A stretch of 64,000 bases of DNA from Camelus ferus (taxonomy: Eukaryota), in contig NC_045697.1 in assembly GCF_009834535.1 (NCBI RefSeq), forward strand, positions 98,086,001-98,150,000, read 5' to 3'. Below are positions 52,291 through 64,000 of the stretch, in pieces (position 1 is the first letter of the stretch; every line of letters begins with the position of its first letter). The notes beneath the pieces were generated by a model. It was not told the origin of the DNA, made no database searches, and was given only the letters and a program-made list of their open reading frames with translations. Both the position numbers and the translations under genes were made by a program.

Positions 52291-55200
52291 TGAATACTGC
52301 ATATCTTTTTGCTTCTGAAACTTATTAACTCAAAAGTTAACATATTGAAACTACAGTAACAGGGCTCTCCACAGGTATCCAATATCCCATCACACTCCCT
52401 CCTCCTCGTAGCTTCTCCTAGGCGGATATTCAAAGTAGTCTAATTAGTTGCAGGTTAATGAAGCAGCTAATGACCAAAATACTCACCCATATAAGGTCAG
52501 GTGTATATAATGGGGAGGGGTGCCTATACCTTGAACCTTAAATCCAGTGAGCTGACAACAGAAAGGATCTAGGAATCTCTGTTTCATCCTGGTGAGGACA
52601 GAGATCTATGATCTGTGTGGACCCAAGTCTCCTCACATAGAGAATTCAAGTCACTGTGGGCATTTCCTCATTCTTTGGGGGATACCTAATGTCTCACCCA
52701 CGGAGGAAAGGGAGTAGGCACCACCATTCAAAAATCAGGGCAGCAACATTTGTCCGTGATATACCCATGACGCAGATAGAGGTAGTTTCTTTTAAGGTAA
52801 GCACTGACTTTGCCAAATTTACATTAAGGGTTTATAGTAAGGCTGGAACATGTTAAACTAGCAAAACTGTGGGTTCAAAAAGATGTCTCTCATATGCCAG
52901 CAGATAAACCACGCTGCCTCCGCTCACGCTGACATTTTTGTCAACACACTCTGCTAATTATTCAGGATAACATTTTTCATAATTGGCAAGGCCGCGCCCC
53001 CTACGTGGACTTTCTTAGTGAATGTTGAAAATTGGTAAATACCATTTATGTAATTTATTTTTGTCAATGACCTTATTGCTTCCACTGCTGAACTGTGTTT
53101 GTTGGTAGATGTGTGTATGAAAATGCAGTCTTGACTTTTTCAAGAAAGAAGTTATATAACTCTATACTTCATAAATTTAACAACCGAAATGTTATCTGTA
53201 ATAAGTGTTTCTGGGAAACACTGTTTTACCACTGACTGGTTTGATGGGGGTTGATTAGATCACGGTTTTTCATCTCTGTGTTGTTACTGATACTGGCTCC
53301 ATTCCAGTTGGCAGCGAAGGTGTCTAAACACTCACAAACGAAAATTACCCGTAAAACCTGTGACAGGGTTCCCTGGGTTCAGAGCTACAGATCACTGCTC
53401 ATCTGGATGGGTTGTTGCAGCTGAGTTTATAATGTCACATCCCCTGTAAACATGATACACCTGTCTTTCTGTTTAACAGACAGTTTTTGGAAGCTGAAGC
53501 ATTTATTTTCTCCCAGAACTCAGCAGCGACACATTATTTACTGATACTGAACCTGGGAGTCTTGAATATTTTCCAAGATTTCCATTCTTTTCTCTTTAGG
53601 TGCAATAATCCTTTACTTCAACTTCAATAAGCTAGCAGAAAAATCAGTTTTGTTTTGACGTAAGGGGTAATTAAAAGGGGGGACACTGAGAGAATCAAAG
53701 TTTTGATATTCTTGTTATCTGTTCAGAGATTCCAGACAGGGATTTGTAACTATTTTCACGTTTCACACGTTGAGAGTCACTTTCACTATTAGTGTTACAG
53801 AGGATCCATCACCAAACTGTCTGTGAGCACCCACTACATGCAAGGCTCTCTGTAACACGCTTGCCAAGTTACCAAGGGGTGTGTCACTGCTGTCGTCCTG
53901 CTCCAGAGGGGCTTCTAACCACTTGGAGAGGATGGATATGCATGAAAAGATGCTAAACTGGACAGTGGATAGGTGTCAATCACATGCAACGTGGGAATAA
54001 AGCCAATGATGAACAGCAAGTCCCTGCGTCCACAGGAAGCAGGGATGGAGTCCACCCTTTGATTTAAGGCCTGAGCGGCCACCCACTCAGCCAATCACTG
54101 GTTCCTACTCTACCCCTCACTTCAAAATCATTCATTTCAAATGAACCACTTTATTAGTTAGGCCTCAGGATTTATCTCCAGACATGGCCACAAAATATAT
54201 ATCAGATGTTCTGCTCTCCACCCCAGTGTTCTGCTAAGTCTCAAATAGACTCCCATTCCTAAGGCATATATTATATCTATACTCATCTTTACTCTTTCTG
54301 GATGTACCAGCCAAAATAATTACACGGGGAGGAACATGGACGACAATACTCAAACACTGTTAGGGCATCTGGAGTCAGAGGTCAAGTAATTTTCGCAACA
54401 AAACTCCTGGATGCGTATCATCCTAATTACGGTTCATATGAAGTGGTTTAAGGCAACAATATAGGAGACAAACAGTTTATGAAGAAAACACATTTTCTCT
54501 ATGACCAAAGGACTTACCTCCCATAATCCGATATTGATGGATGAAAAATTGCCTTGATCTTTTCATAGTTTATTCACTTCACTTTCTGTACCTTTATGGA
54601 GTACCTACTATATGCCCAGTTCTATGGTAGGTACCAGGAAGACAATGAACCAGTCCCTACACCCTGGAGTCTGCAGTCTGGGGGGCAAGACAGACAGGAA
54701 AATAAGCTACAGAACATATGTGTGCAATTCTTCAAAAGCACAGAACAAGAAGAAAGGAAGACAACCAATGGGAGAGGGATCATCCTTTAGTTGAATTTGA
54801 GAAAGATAAACAGAAGAAAAAGAACATAGCAGGAAAAGAGACAGTACATGTTTTATAGGTTCACATGGACCCAGAAAATAGTACCCCTTAACCCCAAACG
54901 AGAACTGAAAAATAATCCAAAGAAGACAGCAGACGGGAGCCAAAAAGAAAATCTTTATTATCAAAGAAGCCTTGGGTGAATGATACAGGTTGCACCTGTG
55001 GGCAGTGGACACTGCGAGTGAGTCGGCCAGACTTACTTCTCCAGTCACAGGCAATGCGTCACTGTGAGAACACGGGGAGAGAAGACCACCGGCAAGCTCC
55101 CAAGAAAAGTAGAGAAAACAAGGAGAAGGGGCTGGCAGATTCACGCTCAGCTTCTCTTTCCAAACCCCCAGCTGGAAAAGTCACACTTCACCCTCCCTGG

Positions 55201-56015
55201 AGTGACAGGTATGAGGGCACAAAGAGAGGTCAGAAATGTTACTCTAGCAGATCTGCCTCCACATTCATAGATACACTAGGAGCAGGAAGAAACATTCCTC
55301 CCTCATACTGTGAAAATGCACAGACATGAGAGAGCATGGCCTGAAACCCCAAGTAATTTGACATGGCCGAACCAAAGGGTATGTAAACAGATGCAGCGGA
55401 GAATGAGACTGCTGGGGGCTCAGTAGCCAAGAGCTGAAAACAAGAAGCCAGGAATTCTCTGTATTTAATGCCTCAGTGCCCACCCTGTCCCCAATACCAT
55501 CAACCCATTCCTACCCCAAATCTAATCAGTTTCAATATTTTGCTGTAACTAAATGTTGGTGATGCTATGAATCTGTGGGAAATACACAATTAACCATAAG
55601 TCAGCAGGCAGGGTAAATGGCTAAATGATGGAAACAGTATGAACACCACTCACTAGAAGCAGCAAAGTATTCCTTTTGCCTGTCTACTCATTTTTATGTC
55701 TTCTATAGTGTTACTCTGAGGGTTTGGAAGTAGTATAGAGTTACAGTATTGTACTCCACATCTAAAAATGATCATTCCCAAGAGTCTATATGAACGGATT
55801 TTTTAAGTTATTAATTATTAAATATCTTGTGAAAGATCAATTGTGTCAATGCATTTCCTCTTAATATCCTGCAAAATCAAGATTTCAATTTGAGCAACAG
55901 AAACGAGTCTCTGAAGGAATTAAATGACATTAAAACAATTGTTTGTGATTAACTCCATCATTAAGATGAGTATATTAAAATATTCTGTCTTGTTTTATCT
56001 ATAAAAGATAATCTA

Positions 56016-57396
56016 CAAGTCAAAACCACAATGAGATATCACCTAACCCCTATTAGAATGGCCATCATCAAAAAGAAAGGAGACAAGTGTTGACAAGGCT
56101 GTTGAGAAAAGGGAATCCTTGTGCACTGTTGGTGGGAATGTAAATTGGTGCAACCACTGTGGAAAACAGTATAGGTTACTCAAAAAATTAAAAGAAGAGC
56201 TAACATATGCTTGAGCAATCCCACTCTGGATATATATTCAAAGGAAATGAAATCACTATCTTAAAGAAAAAGAGAAATCTGCATCCCTATGTTTACTGCA
56301 GCATTATTTACAATAGTTAAGATGTGGAAACAATCTAAGTGTCCACTGAAAGATAAATGGATTTTAAAAAGTGATACAGATAGATATAGATATACACACA
56401 CAATGGAATATTATTCAATCATCAAAAAGTAGGAAACCTTGTCTTGAGGCAGTATGAATGGACTTTGAGGACATTATGCTAAGTGAAATAAGACACAAAA
56501 AGACAATTACTATGTAATATGGTATTATCTCATTATATATGGAATCTACAATAACTTACACAATCAGAGAACAGATTGCCAGATGTGGGGGATGGGGGTG
56601 GGAAATGGGTGAACGTGGTCAAAAGATACATGAATGAAAAATATTGCCAGCCATAGCAGTAATCAAAGGATGCTGTGTCCATCAAGTCACCAGCCACTAC
56701 TGCCACCCCCCTGACAGTGAGCAGAGGGAATCAGGATATAAACAAGCAGGCAGCCTGGCCTCTGCAGCCACTCCCCAACCAGACACCCTGAGGGAACTCA
56801 GAATGTGAAAGAGCAGGATACTGACAGCTAGGTGCGTATCAAAGGAATGATTTCAATGAGCCCAGACCTTAGCACCTTCCCATATGTAGAAAAGTGCTAT
56901 ATTTCTCAACTTGAGGTAACTGGTTTTCTTTAATTAACAGTAATTTTTTGATGTTCAGACCACCTGGTCTTTGTTGCAAAAACCCATATATCCTGGCTTC
57001 TACCTTGCCACTTTGGAACACCCTCTTAGAGTGATCTGAGATGCTGTGTCCTGGGCTGAGTGCTCAGGAAATCCACCAAGTAAAACGTAACTCTCAACTC
57101 TTAGGTTGTGCATTTGATTTCAGTCAACAGATATAAACTTCCCTTACAAGATAAGTAAGCTCTGGTGACAACAGTCCACAAGACTGTATTGTATATTTGC
57201 AAGTTGCTAAGAGAATTGATCTTAAAAGTTCTCATTATAAGAAAAAATTGTATATGTGAGGTGATGAATGTTAACTAAACTTATTGTAGTGATCGTTTCT
57301 CAATATATACATATATATACTCATTATGTTATACACCTAAAACTAATATGATGCTCTATGTTAATTATATCTCAATAAAACTGGGGGGAAAGTTTT
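56016..57396 (+). mobile_element. 5'-truncated L1 (L1MA-like) with nested LTR
   Basis: TSD AAAAGATAATCTA at 56003-56015 and 57397-57409. ORF2 end and 3'UTR similarity. Confidence 0.9.
56631..57129 (+). mobile_element. ERV1-class solo LTR inserted in L1 3'UTR
   Basis: TG...CA termini flanked by GATACA/GATATA. The L1 sequence resumes afterwards (AAACTTCC). Confidence 0.78.
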
Positions 57397-57430
57397 AAAA
57401 GATAATCTAGAAGGCCTTAACCAAAAATTC

Positions 57431-57470
<40 letters not shown>

Positions 57471-57472
57471 AT
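57431..57472. repeat. (TA)n(TG)n microsatellite
   Basis: Read directly from the sequence. Confidence 0.95.
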
Positions 57473-60400
57473 ATCTTACACACATACATATGCACATAAT
57501 AGACTGAGATACTATAAGTTGTTTTCAGAACAAAATAAGAATATAAGTATAAACATAAATATATAAACACAAACACCAAATAGGAAGCAAAATCTTCCTA
57601 GCAATGGTCCTCTGTCATTTCTCTATCCAGTGAATAAAAATTGCATCAGCCTGCAGTTTCTCCTCTAATGGTGCTCAAATGTCCGGAACAAAAACAATGG
57701 AAGGGTGCCTTTGCTTGCATAGTGTCACCTCACCTTAAGAAAATCGCTGCCTTGCTCCTCTCTACTCTGCGTGGCTAGTGGACTCCTTTGATTCCTGCTG
57801 CTGCAGTTCCTGCTTGCTCGCAGGCTTGTTTGATCACTCGGGGCACAGCAGAGCAGCATGGAGCTGTTGCCTTTTTGGCACAGGTTTCATATTCAACAGT
57901 GGGTGGTTTCTCACCAGTTTGGCTCTTGCTTTAGGACAATGAGTGACAAGATGTTAGTTCACACAGCACGACTTATGTAACTTACAAAAGAAAAAAACTC
58001 GGGCTGGAGGTTTGTTCTGCAAATCAGCAAGATTTTCAGAACAAGAATAAAAGTCTTTACCCAGCATCCAAAGATAAAGATGACTTAGCCAAACCAAGAC
58101 AGGGCAACCCAGTCAAGAGAATGAGCCAATGTGGGGAATGTCATTTTTAGGTTGATTCCATTCAAAATAGCCAATCTAGGACCCCTGAAGATGTCTTTTG
58201 AGGAGGGTTGAAAACAGCAAATATTATTTATCAAGGGTGTTCATTTTTTGAAACAGTAGCCATGTTAATATAATGAATGTTAACCTAGAAAAAATGTCTA
58301 TCACAGAGTTTCAAGAAATCAAAAATTACATACCATAATTCTGCATAAACCTGAAAAAACTCATGTAAGTGCTTGTCTCCTGCTTAGAAATTTCAGCTTC
58401 ATTAACAACAGTTGTTAGAAAATCAAACAACCCTCAAGAAGATAGCTCTAAAATAGTTGTTCTTTGAGAACTCATGCTTTGGGGTTGTGATTTATTATCA
58501 CAGCTCAAAGAATAAACTTCCTGAGACGTCATACAATGTGTCACAGTGCAGGGTCTAGATTTCTCAATGAATCATACCCCTTTGCTATCTAGAAATAGTC
58601 ACATTGCAAACAAGATTTCTCAGATTGTCCAATGTTTGGTTACCATGTTATTCATGAATTTAAAGAAAAAAACAAATAAAAATCGAGTGTGTGTATCCCT
58701 CCAGGATCTCAATATAATTTCTTATAATTAGGTGTCAAGGGGGCAATTTCAAATTTAAGAAGCCAGTTAGGTTTTACCAGGCAATTTACAGTCCAGTCCC
58801 TCTCCCCACCAGTCATACATATATCCATTTTTATGATGACTTCCCACTGCAATGATAGACCTGTAGGATTCCTTCCACCTCTACCTCTAAGAAGTTAAAA
58901 ATTTTCATACAGCTTTGAAAGTAAAGTAAAAATAAAATCATTTCCACAACAATTCTACAATTTAATTTTTCAAAATGTGACTAGCATAGAGGTCAAATAC
59001 ATTGAAATACCAACCAAAAATGGTTTTAGTAAGCGAAAAGCAAATGACCATCCTATATATTGCAAGGTTCTGTTCTTCTAAGCCTGAAAAAGTATTAGAA
59101 GGGTTACTAGCTGTAAATACAGTGTAGAGGTAGATTCATAGTGTGGAACAGCTATTGTACTAGTGACAAAAGAAATGGGTTCATGCTCGCTCAATCACTA
59201 ACCACTGGGACCTCTCCAACGTGAGGTTTCTGAGACTCTGGACAACAATAGCTGCTTTATTCACTCACTACCCCAGGTGGCTGTAAAAGTTCAAATCCTA
59301 TCATGTATGTAAATTGCTTGATAATCAGAAAAAGATTAGGTGTTATTGTGCAAATGTAAGGTGCTCCGATTTTGTTAAGGTCATGGGAAAGCTGTCATTC
59401 TTATTCTTCTATTCCCACTTTCATTTTTGGTAAAGAGAATGATAAAAACAATCAAGTGTATGATTATCAAATCTCCATCAATCAAAAGAGCAAAGCTTAT
59501 GACTTATTTCATTAATCCTCACTTTCATCCTTTGGCCCAGTTATGTCATATAATCATTTACTTTAAATACAGGAAGGAACATGAATCAACTTTTAGTTCT
59601 GGGTCATAATTTTATAGACAAGGAGACTGAGGTACAGATACGAAATGAAGTGATCAAGGTGGTGCCCAAAAGGACCCAGATGCAAGCATAAGATGTCATC
59701 TGACCACGAGGATTCAGCCTGAGTGTTCACTCCTTCTGACTACTTGTATGGCTAATGTCAGTTTTAAGAAAGAATGATTATTTCTGGGGTCATTGATGGT
59801 TTATAGGTATCCATCTGCAAGAGTACAAGTGCATAACATATCATTTCTATGAAAGTTAAAAATAACAATCAAGTGTGATCAACTATATTCTTTGTGTTTG
59901 AAAAAGTGTCCATGCAGACTGAACAAACACATTTCGGCACTGCACATCTGTGCCCTGTAGCATCACAGGGCTTTCATCACACTAAGCCTATTCTTTGAGA
60001 GAGACTGGCTTCATGCTGAACTCAGCGTGAGGACAACAGGGCAGGACACCAATTAGTGGAGGCATTTGTACCATCTTGACAGGACCACTGTGCAGGGAAG
60101 TTAACTGGACCCCAAGCAATGGTAGAAGCATGTCCTTTGGCAGTAAATAATTAAACTAGAAGTAAAAACTTTATCCTTCAGAGACAGAGGTTTGATTTAT
60201 GTTCAAGAACATCTGCAACCTTCAGAAAATCTAACCAGTTGCCGACTCCACGTGATCTTGACAAAGCCACTAGAAATGCATTGTAATCCTGTGCAACACT
60301 TTCTATGTGATCTAAATTCACATTTTTTACTTTCAGCAAGATAGGCATGAAAGCAGAGGTCACGACTGGGTTAGCACAGTATCAGGTAGAAACTCTCCCT

Positions 60401-62024
60401 GCCAATAAAAAACAGCTATAATTATTTGCCCCTCTGGGCAGCTAATGCCATCATGCTTCCATAGTTCGCAAGTTTTCATTTAACAGTACTTTTTAAGTAT
60501 TATATCTTATAGGTTTCTGTACCACAAATTATTTCTTAGAGGGAAAAAAAAAAAAACATGAAGGAGCCATGTGTTGGCTGTATTTTTTGTAGCCCATTTT
60601 GCTTTTAATTCCAATTTCCAGATCTAATTCCCTCTTCGTCTATTTCTATTCAGACCGATCCGCTAGAAAATACTAAGAAAAGATCACAAACCAAATCCTA
60701 TGATAATATCCTCAGAAATTTGAAACAGCTCTAAGAGGTTTGGCCTCAGCCCCACACATTAACATGATCGCTCAATTTTAATGAGGTCAAACAAGCTGCT
60801 GGGCATCTGGCGGGTGATCAAGGTGGCCTGAGTGGGGCAGGCCACCTTGTTCTTACAAAGAACGTTAAGACGTAGTGACAGGTGATAATGTAAAATGCAC
60901 GAAGCTACTGCCCTGGGCCACTTCATCTTTTCACCCCACTGGGATCCCAGAGGCAACAATGCTTTAGCCAGATGGAAATAGTCACTGAGGATCTGAAGGA
61001 GAATCAGACTTTTGCATAGAAAAATTTTAAGGGATTTAAATAAACCCATAACATTTGTCACATCCAAGATCTCTATCCCTTTATGATCCTTCCCGCTAAA
61101 TATTATCTTTGAAAAAATAAGTCATTCTTGAGTTGAATGCTTTTCTGTGAGCACCAGCAATATATTTAGGTCTGAATCACTTACTAACGATATATGGACG
61201 CTCATTAGCTGCCAAGATAGAAAAAGAAAAAATAGATTTGAACCTGAAATCTCAGAAGTAACTCAATTGACAAACAATTGCTTATATTTTCCTTCCAATT
61301 ATTCATGTGAAATCTTCATCTTAATATCATGATCAGTACAGAGCCTGCTGTGGTACCATGCAGTGGGGGCCATGTCACCAAATATGAGGTAGGGAAAAGC
61401 ACCTATACACAGTTTTAACACCTCACTTTTAAAATAAAACACTGAGATTAATGCATATATACAGGAATGCAAAAGTAAAAATACTGAAGTCATTCTCTAT
61501 TAATATTATGTTACCTCAGAATCTGCAGGACTCCACTACGTGATAGATATGTTTAAAGGATTATGAGGATCATAGAAATCAGCTTAAGAACCTGGAACTT
61601 TGTTTAGCTGAACTATGAACAACATCAACCTACCTTATTACAGAAGTTGTAATAAGTTCTCTAGTAAAATTTAAGGAGCATACTTCATCAAAAAATGAAT
61701 GATGAAAATATAAGGCAAGCAGAGTGAAAAACTCAGTGGGTTTTCCTAATTCCTAGTGAAAGAAATAGAGTATGAATCAGTAGCCAAGTGGGTAAAGAGG
61801 ACGATTTTCTGAGACCTGAGAGAGGATCCCTGAGTCCCTCCCTGTGTTAGGTCCTATCCTACTGTTAAGAATATCTATATGGGGTAAAAATTATTTCACC
61901 AACTCCAAGATTCTTTTAGTATGCACTCAACAACCTAAGAGAATTATCACAAATCTCTGAAAGGTAACTGTCTGTCATTATGAACATACAGGCAGGAGAT
62001 CAGGGTTGTTCCACACTAAGGAAC

Positions 62025-62215
62025 ACTACCCATTAGAACTTTCTGCAGTGTGGAAAATGTTCTAGAGCTACACTGTCCGACATGGTAGCCATCAGTCACA
62101 GAACTGCTGAGTACATGAGATGTGGCTACTGTGACTGAAGAACTGAAATTTGTATTTACTTTAATTGGTTTAAACTTAAAGAGCCACTGTGACTAGTAGC
62201 CACCTCAATAGACAG
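62025..62215. mobile_element. MER3 (hAT-Charlie) MITE
   Basis: TAGAACTTTCTGCAGTG.GGAAAATGTTCTA...GATGTGGCTACTGTGACTGAAGAACTGAA. Confidence 0.8.
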
Positions 62216-63749
62216 GAAAGCTGTACGGCAAACAAGCTTATCAAAAATTATGAATAACAACAGGTATTAGCTTAGAGAAAGAATTAAAAACTTAGTAAAA
62301 GTCTTCAGGCCAATAGAAAGGGTAAGAATCAGTTGTTTTCCCCTTCTGTGCAGATAATCCAAGAAGAAACAACCAAAAATACAGATTGCATGCAAAGAGC
62401 TTTCTTCAGATTTCAACACTAGGCAGTGGAATGGGTTTGCAAAGAGTGACTGTAGAATCTCTAACTCAGGATACTGTCATCCATGCCATGTGGTTTAACT
62501 TACTGGTGTCACCCACTATACACTATTTCTAGACTTAGATGCTTTGTTTCAGCTGAGTATGTTTAGCTGAATTTCTTACATAACTGTCTTGCCATATCGT
62601 TTCCAGACTTTCAACTCCCACACAGTCTAGTGAGGATGCATAATTATTTCCTTAAAAGTATATGCTCTGTTAAGGTTAATATGTTCAGTTAAAGTTAATA
62701 AGCTCTCATATGTGTTGTTACTAAGGTCGTTGTTTAGTTGTAAAAGGTAGCAACGTGGTTGGCACTGCATTGAGATACACACGATGCAATTCTTAACCAG
62801 AGGGCATAATCTAACATTTAGCCAAAGGAAAGATAAAGGGATAGCTACGATTTGATTATTCAAAACTTTTATTGGTAAGTAAGCTCTAGGGGAAAAATGA
62901 GTTTTTAGAAGCATTATGGAACAGTATGAAATGACATTAATTTTAACTTTTTAAAAATAGGGAAAATAAAACTGAAATAAGAAGAAAATAAATTGACGTC
63001 TTGGGCAAGAATTTAGAGAGAGCAATAAACTTGTTATGTATTCATTAGCTGTCAACAATAAATTTAAAGGATTAATTATTAATGATGTTGCAGAGAACCA
63101 AATCCCGCTATGGGCTATAGTTATTAAATGTGGTTTTGACAAGCAACAATTATGTGAGCACAACATTCCTTTTCAGAGTTTGTTTTGTTTTGTTTTAGGC
63201 TTTCATCATTCACTGTTTGCCCCCAAAACGTGAACTGTAATACAATACCACAAATGCAAAACCTTCAGGTGGTCTGCGTGCATGTTTTCAGACTTTTGCC
63301 AACACTTCCTCTCTGCTCTCAGCCATCAGTGAATCTTTGAGACAAGTTTTTCCCTACAGCATTGCCCACCTCCAACCCAGGCAGCAAGCAAAATGGAAGA
63401 ACCAAAAGGAAGTAATGCAGGAGGAAGAGAAAGAGAAATTCGGTGGTCAACAAAGGGATGATGAATTTGAGACTGCAGCTTGTGAAAGAATAAAAAAAAA
63501 CCTGAGACAAAGAAAGAGTTAGGAGGATTGAAACTTCAGGAGCTCTGCTTTTCTGTCTCCAGGACTTGATCTGGCAGAAGCATAAGTGATAGTGAGGGCT
63601 CATAACAGATGCTTTCAACAGATCATCTGACTCCTACCATCAGCGTGACAAAGACCACAGAAGGTCTGGTCTGGGCTGAAAATCAGATCACCAGCGTCTA
63701 GCTTTAAGGCTACTATTATTAGACAGTGGCCATTGGGTTACTTATCAGT

Positions 63750-63975
63750 AGGAACATGAGTTCTGGAGTCAGACTACCTGAGTTCGAGCTTCACATCACT
63801 GACCAGCTGTGTGAACTTAGGCGAGTTAATTACACTTCCCCCAACTGTGAATGAGAATGCAGGACTACTGACCTGATAGCCCAGGAATCCTGAAAGGAGA
63901 TTATGTTCAGGAAATCTGTAGAACAGTGTCTGGCTTCTAATAAACACTCAATAAATACTACTTATAACTATTATT
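63750..63975 (+). mobile_element. MIR SINE
   Basis: TCTGGAGTCAGACTACCTGAGTTCGA...AGCTGTGTGAACTTAGGCGAGTTA...CACTCAATAAAT. Confidence 0.85.
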
Positions 63976-64000
63976 TGTAGCTTTCTGTCGGTTCGAATAG

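Noticed and set aside
60178..60363. Protein-looking 61-aa minus-strand ORF
   Set aside because: No recognisable homology and no convincing flanking splice sites.
1..64000. Prokaryotic systems (CRISPR arrays, operons), numts or viral ORFs
   Set aside because: The sequence is mammalian. I saw no regularly spaced repeats and recognised no mitochondrial or viral coding signatures.

Overview
Mammalian non-coding, transposon-rich genomic DNA, most likely from a camelid (a Vic-1-type tRNA-derived SINE lies at 9231-9364). I cannot support any host protein-coding exon. The dominant feature is a young, full-length LINE-1 at 2061-9204 (+) with an 11-bp TSD, YY1 site, CpG-rich 5'UTR, ORF1, a 400-nt inter-ORF spacer and ORF2. 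It is disabled by three single-base insertions and one nonsense codon. The rest is older L1 3' fragments, ERV1-class solo LTRs, MaLR/MLT2 LTRs, MER DNA transposons, L2, MIR and microsatellites. Most interesting: (i) an unidentified 861-bp polyadenylated RNA retrocopy with a perfect 15-bp TSD nested in an old L1 (27934-28794); (ii) a splice acceptor plus strong-Kozak 75-aa ORF in the L1 spacer whose stop overlaps the ORF2 start; (iii) several unusual L1 rearrangements. Repeat family names are from memory of consensus sequences, and the boundaries of old repeats are approximate.
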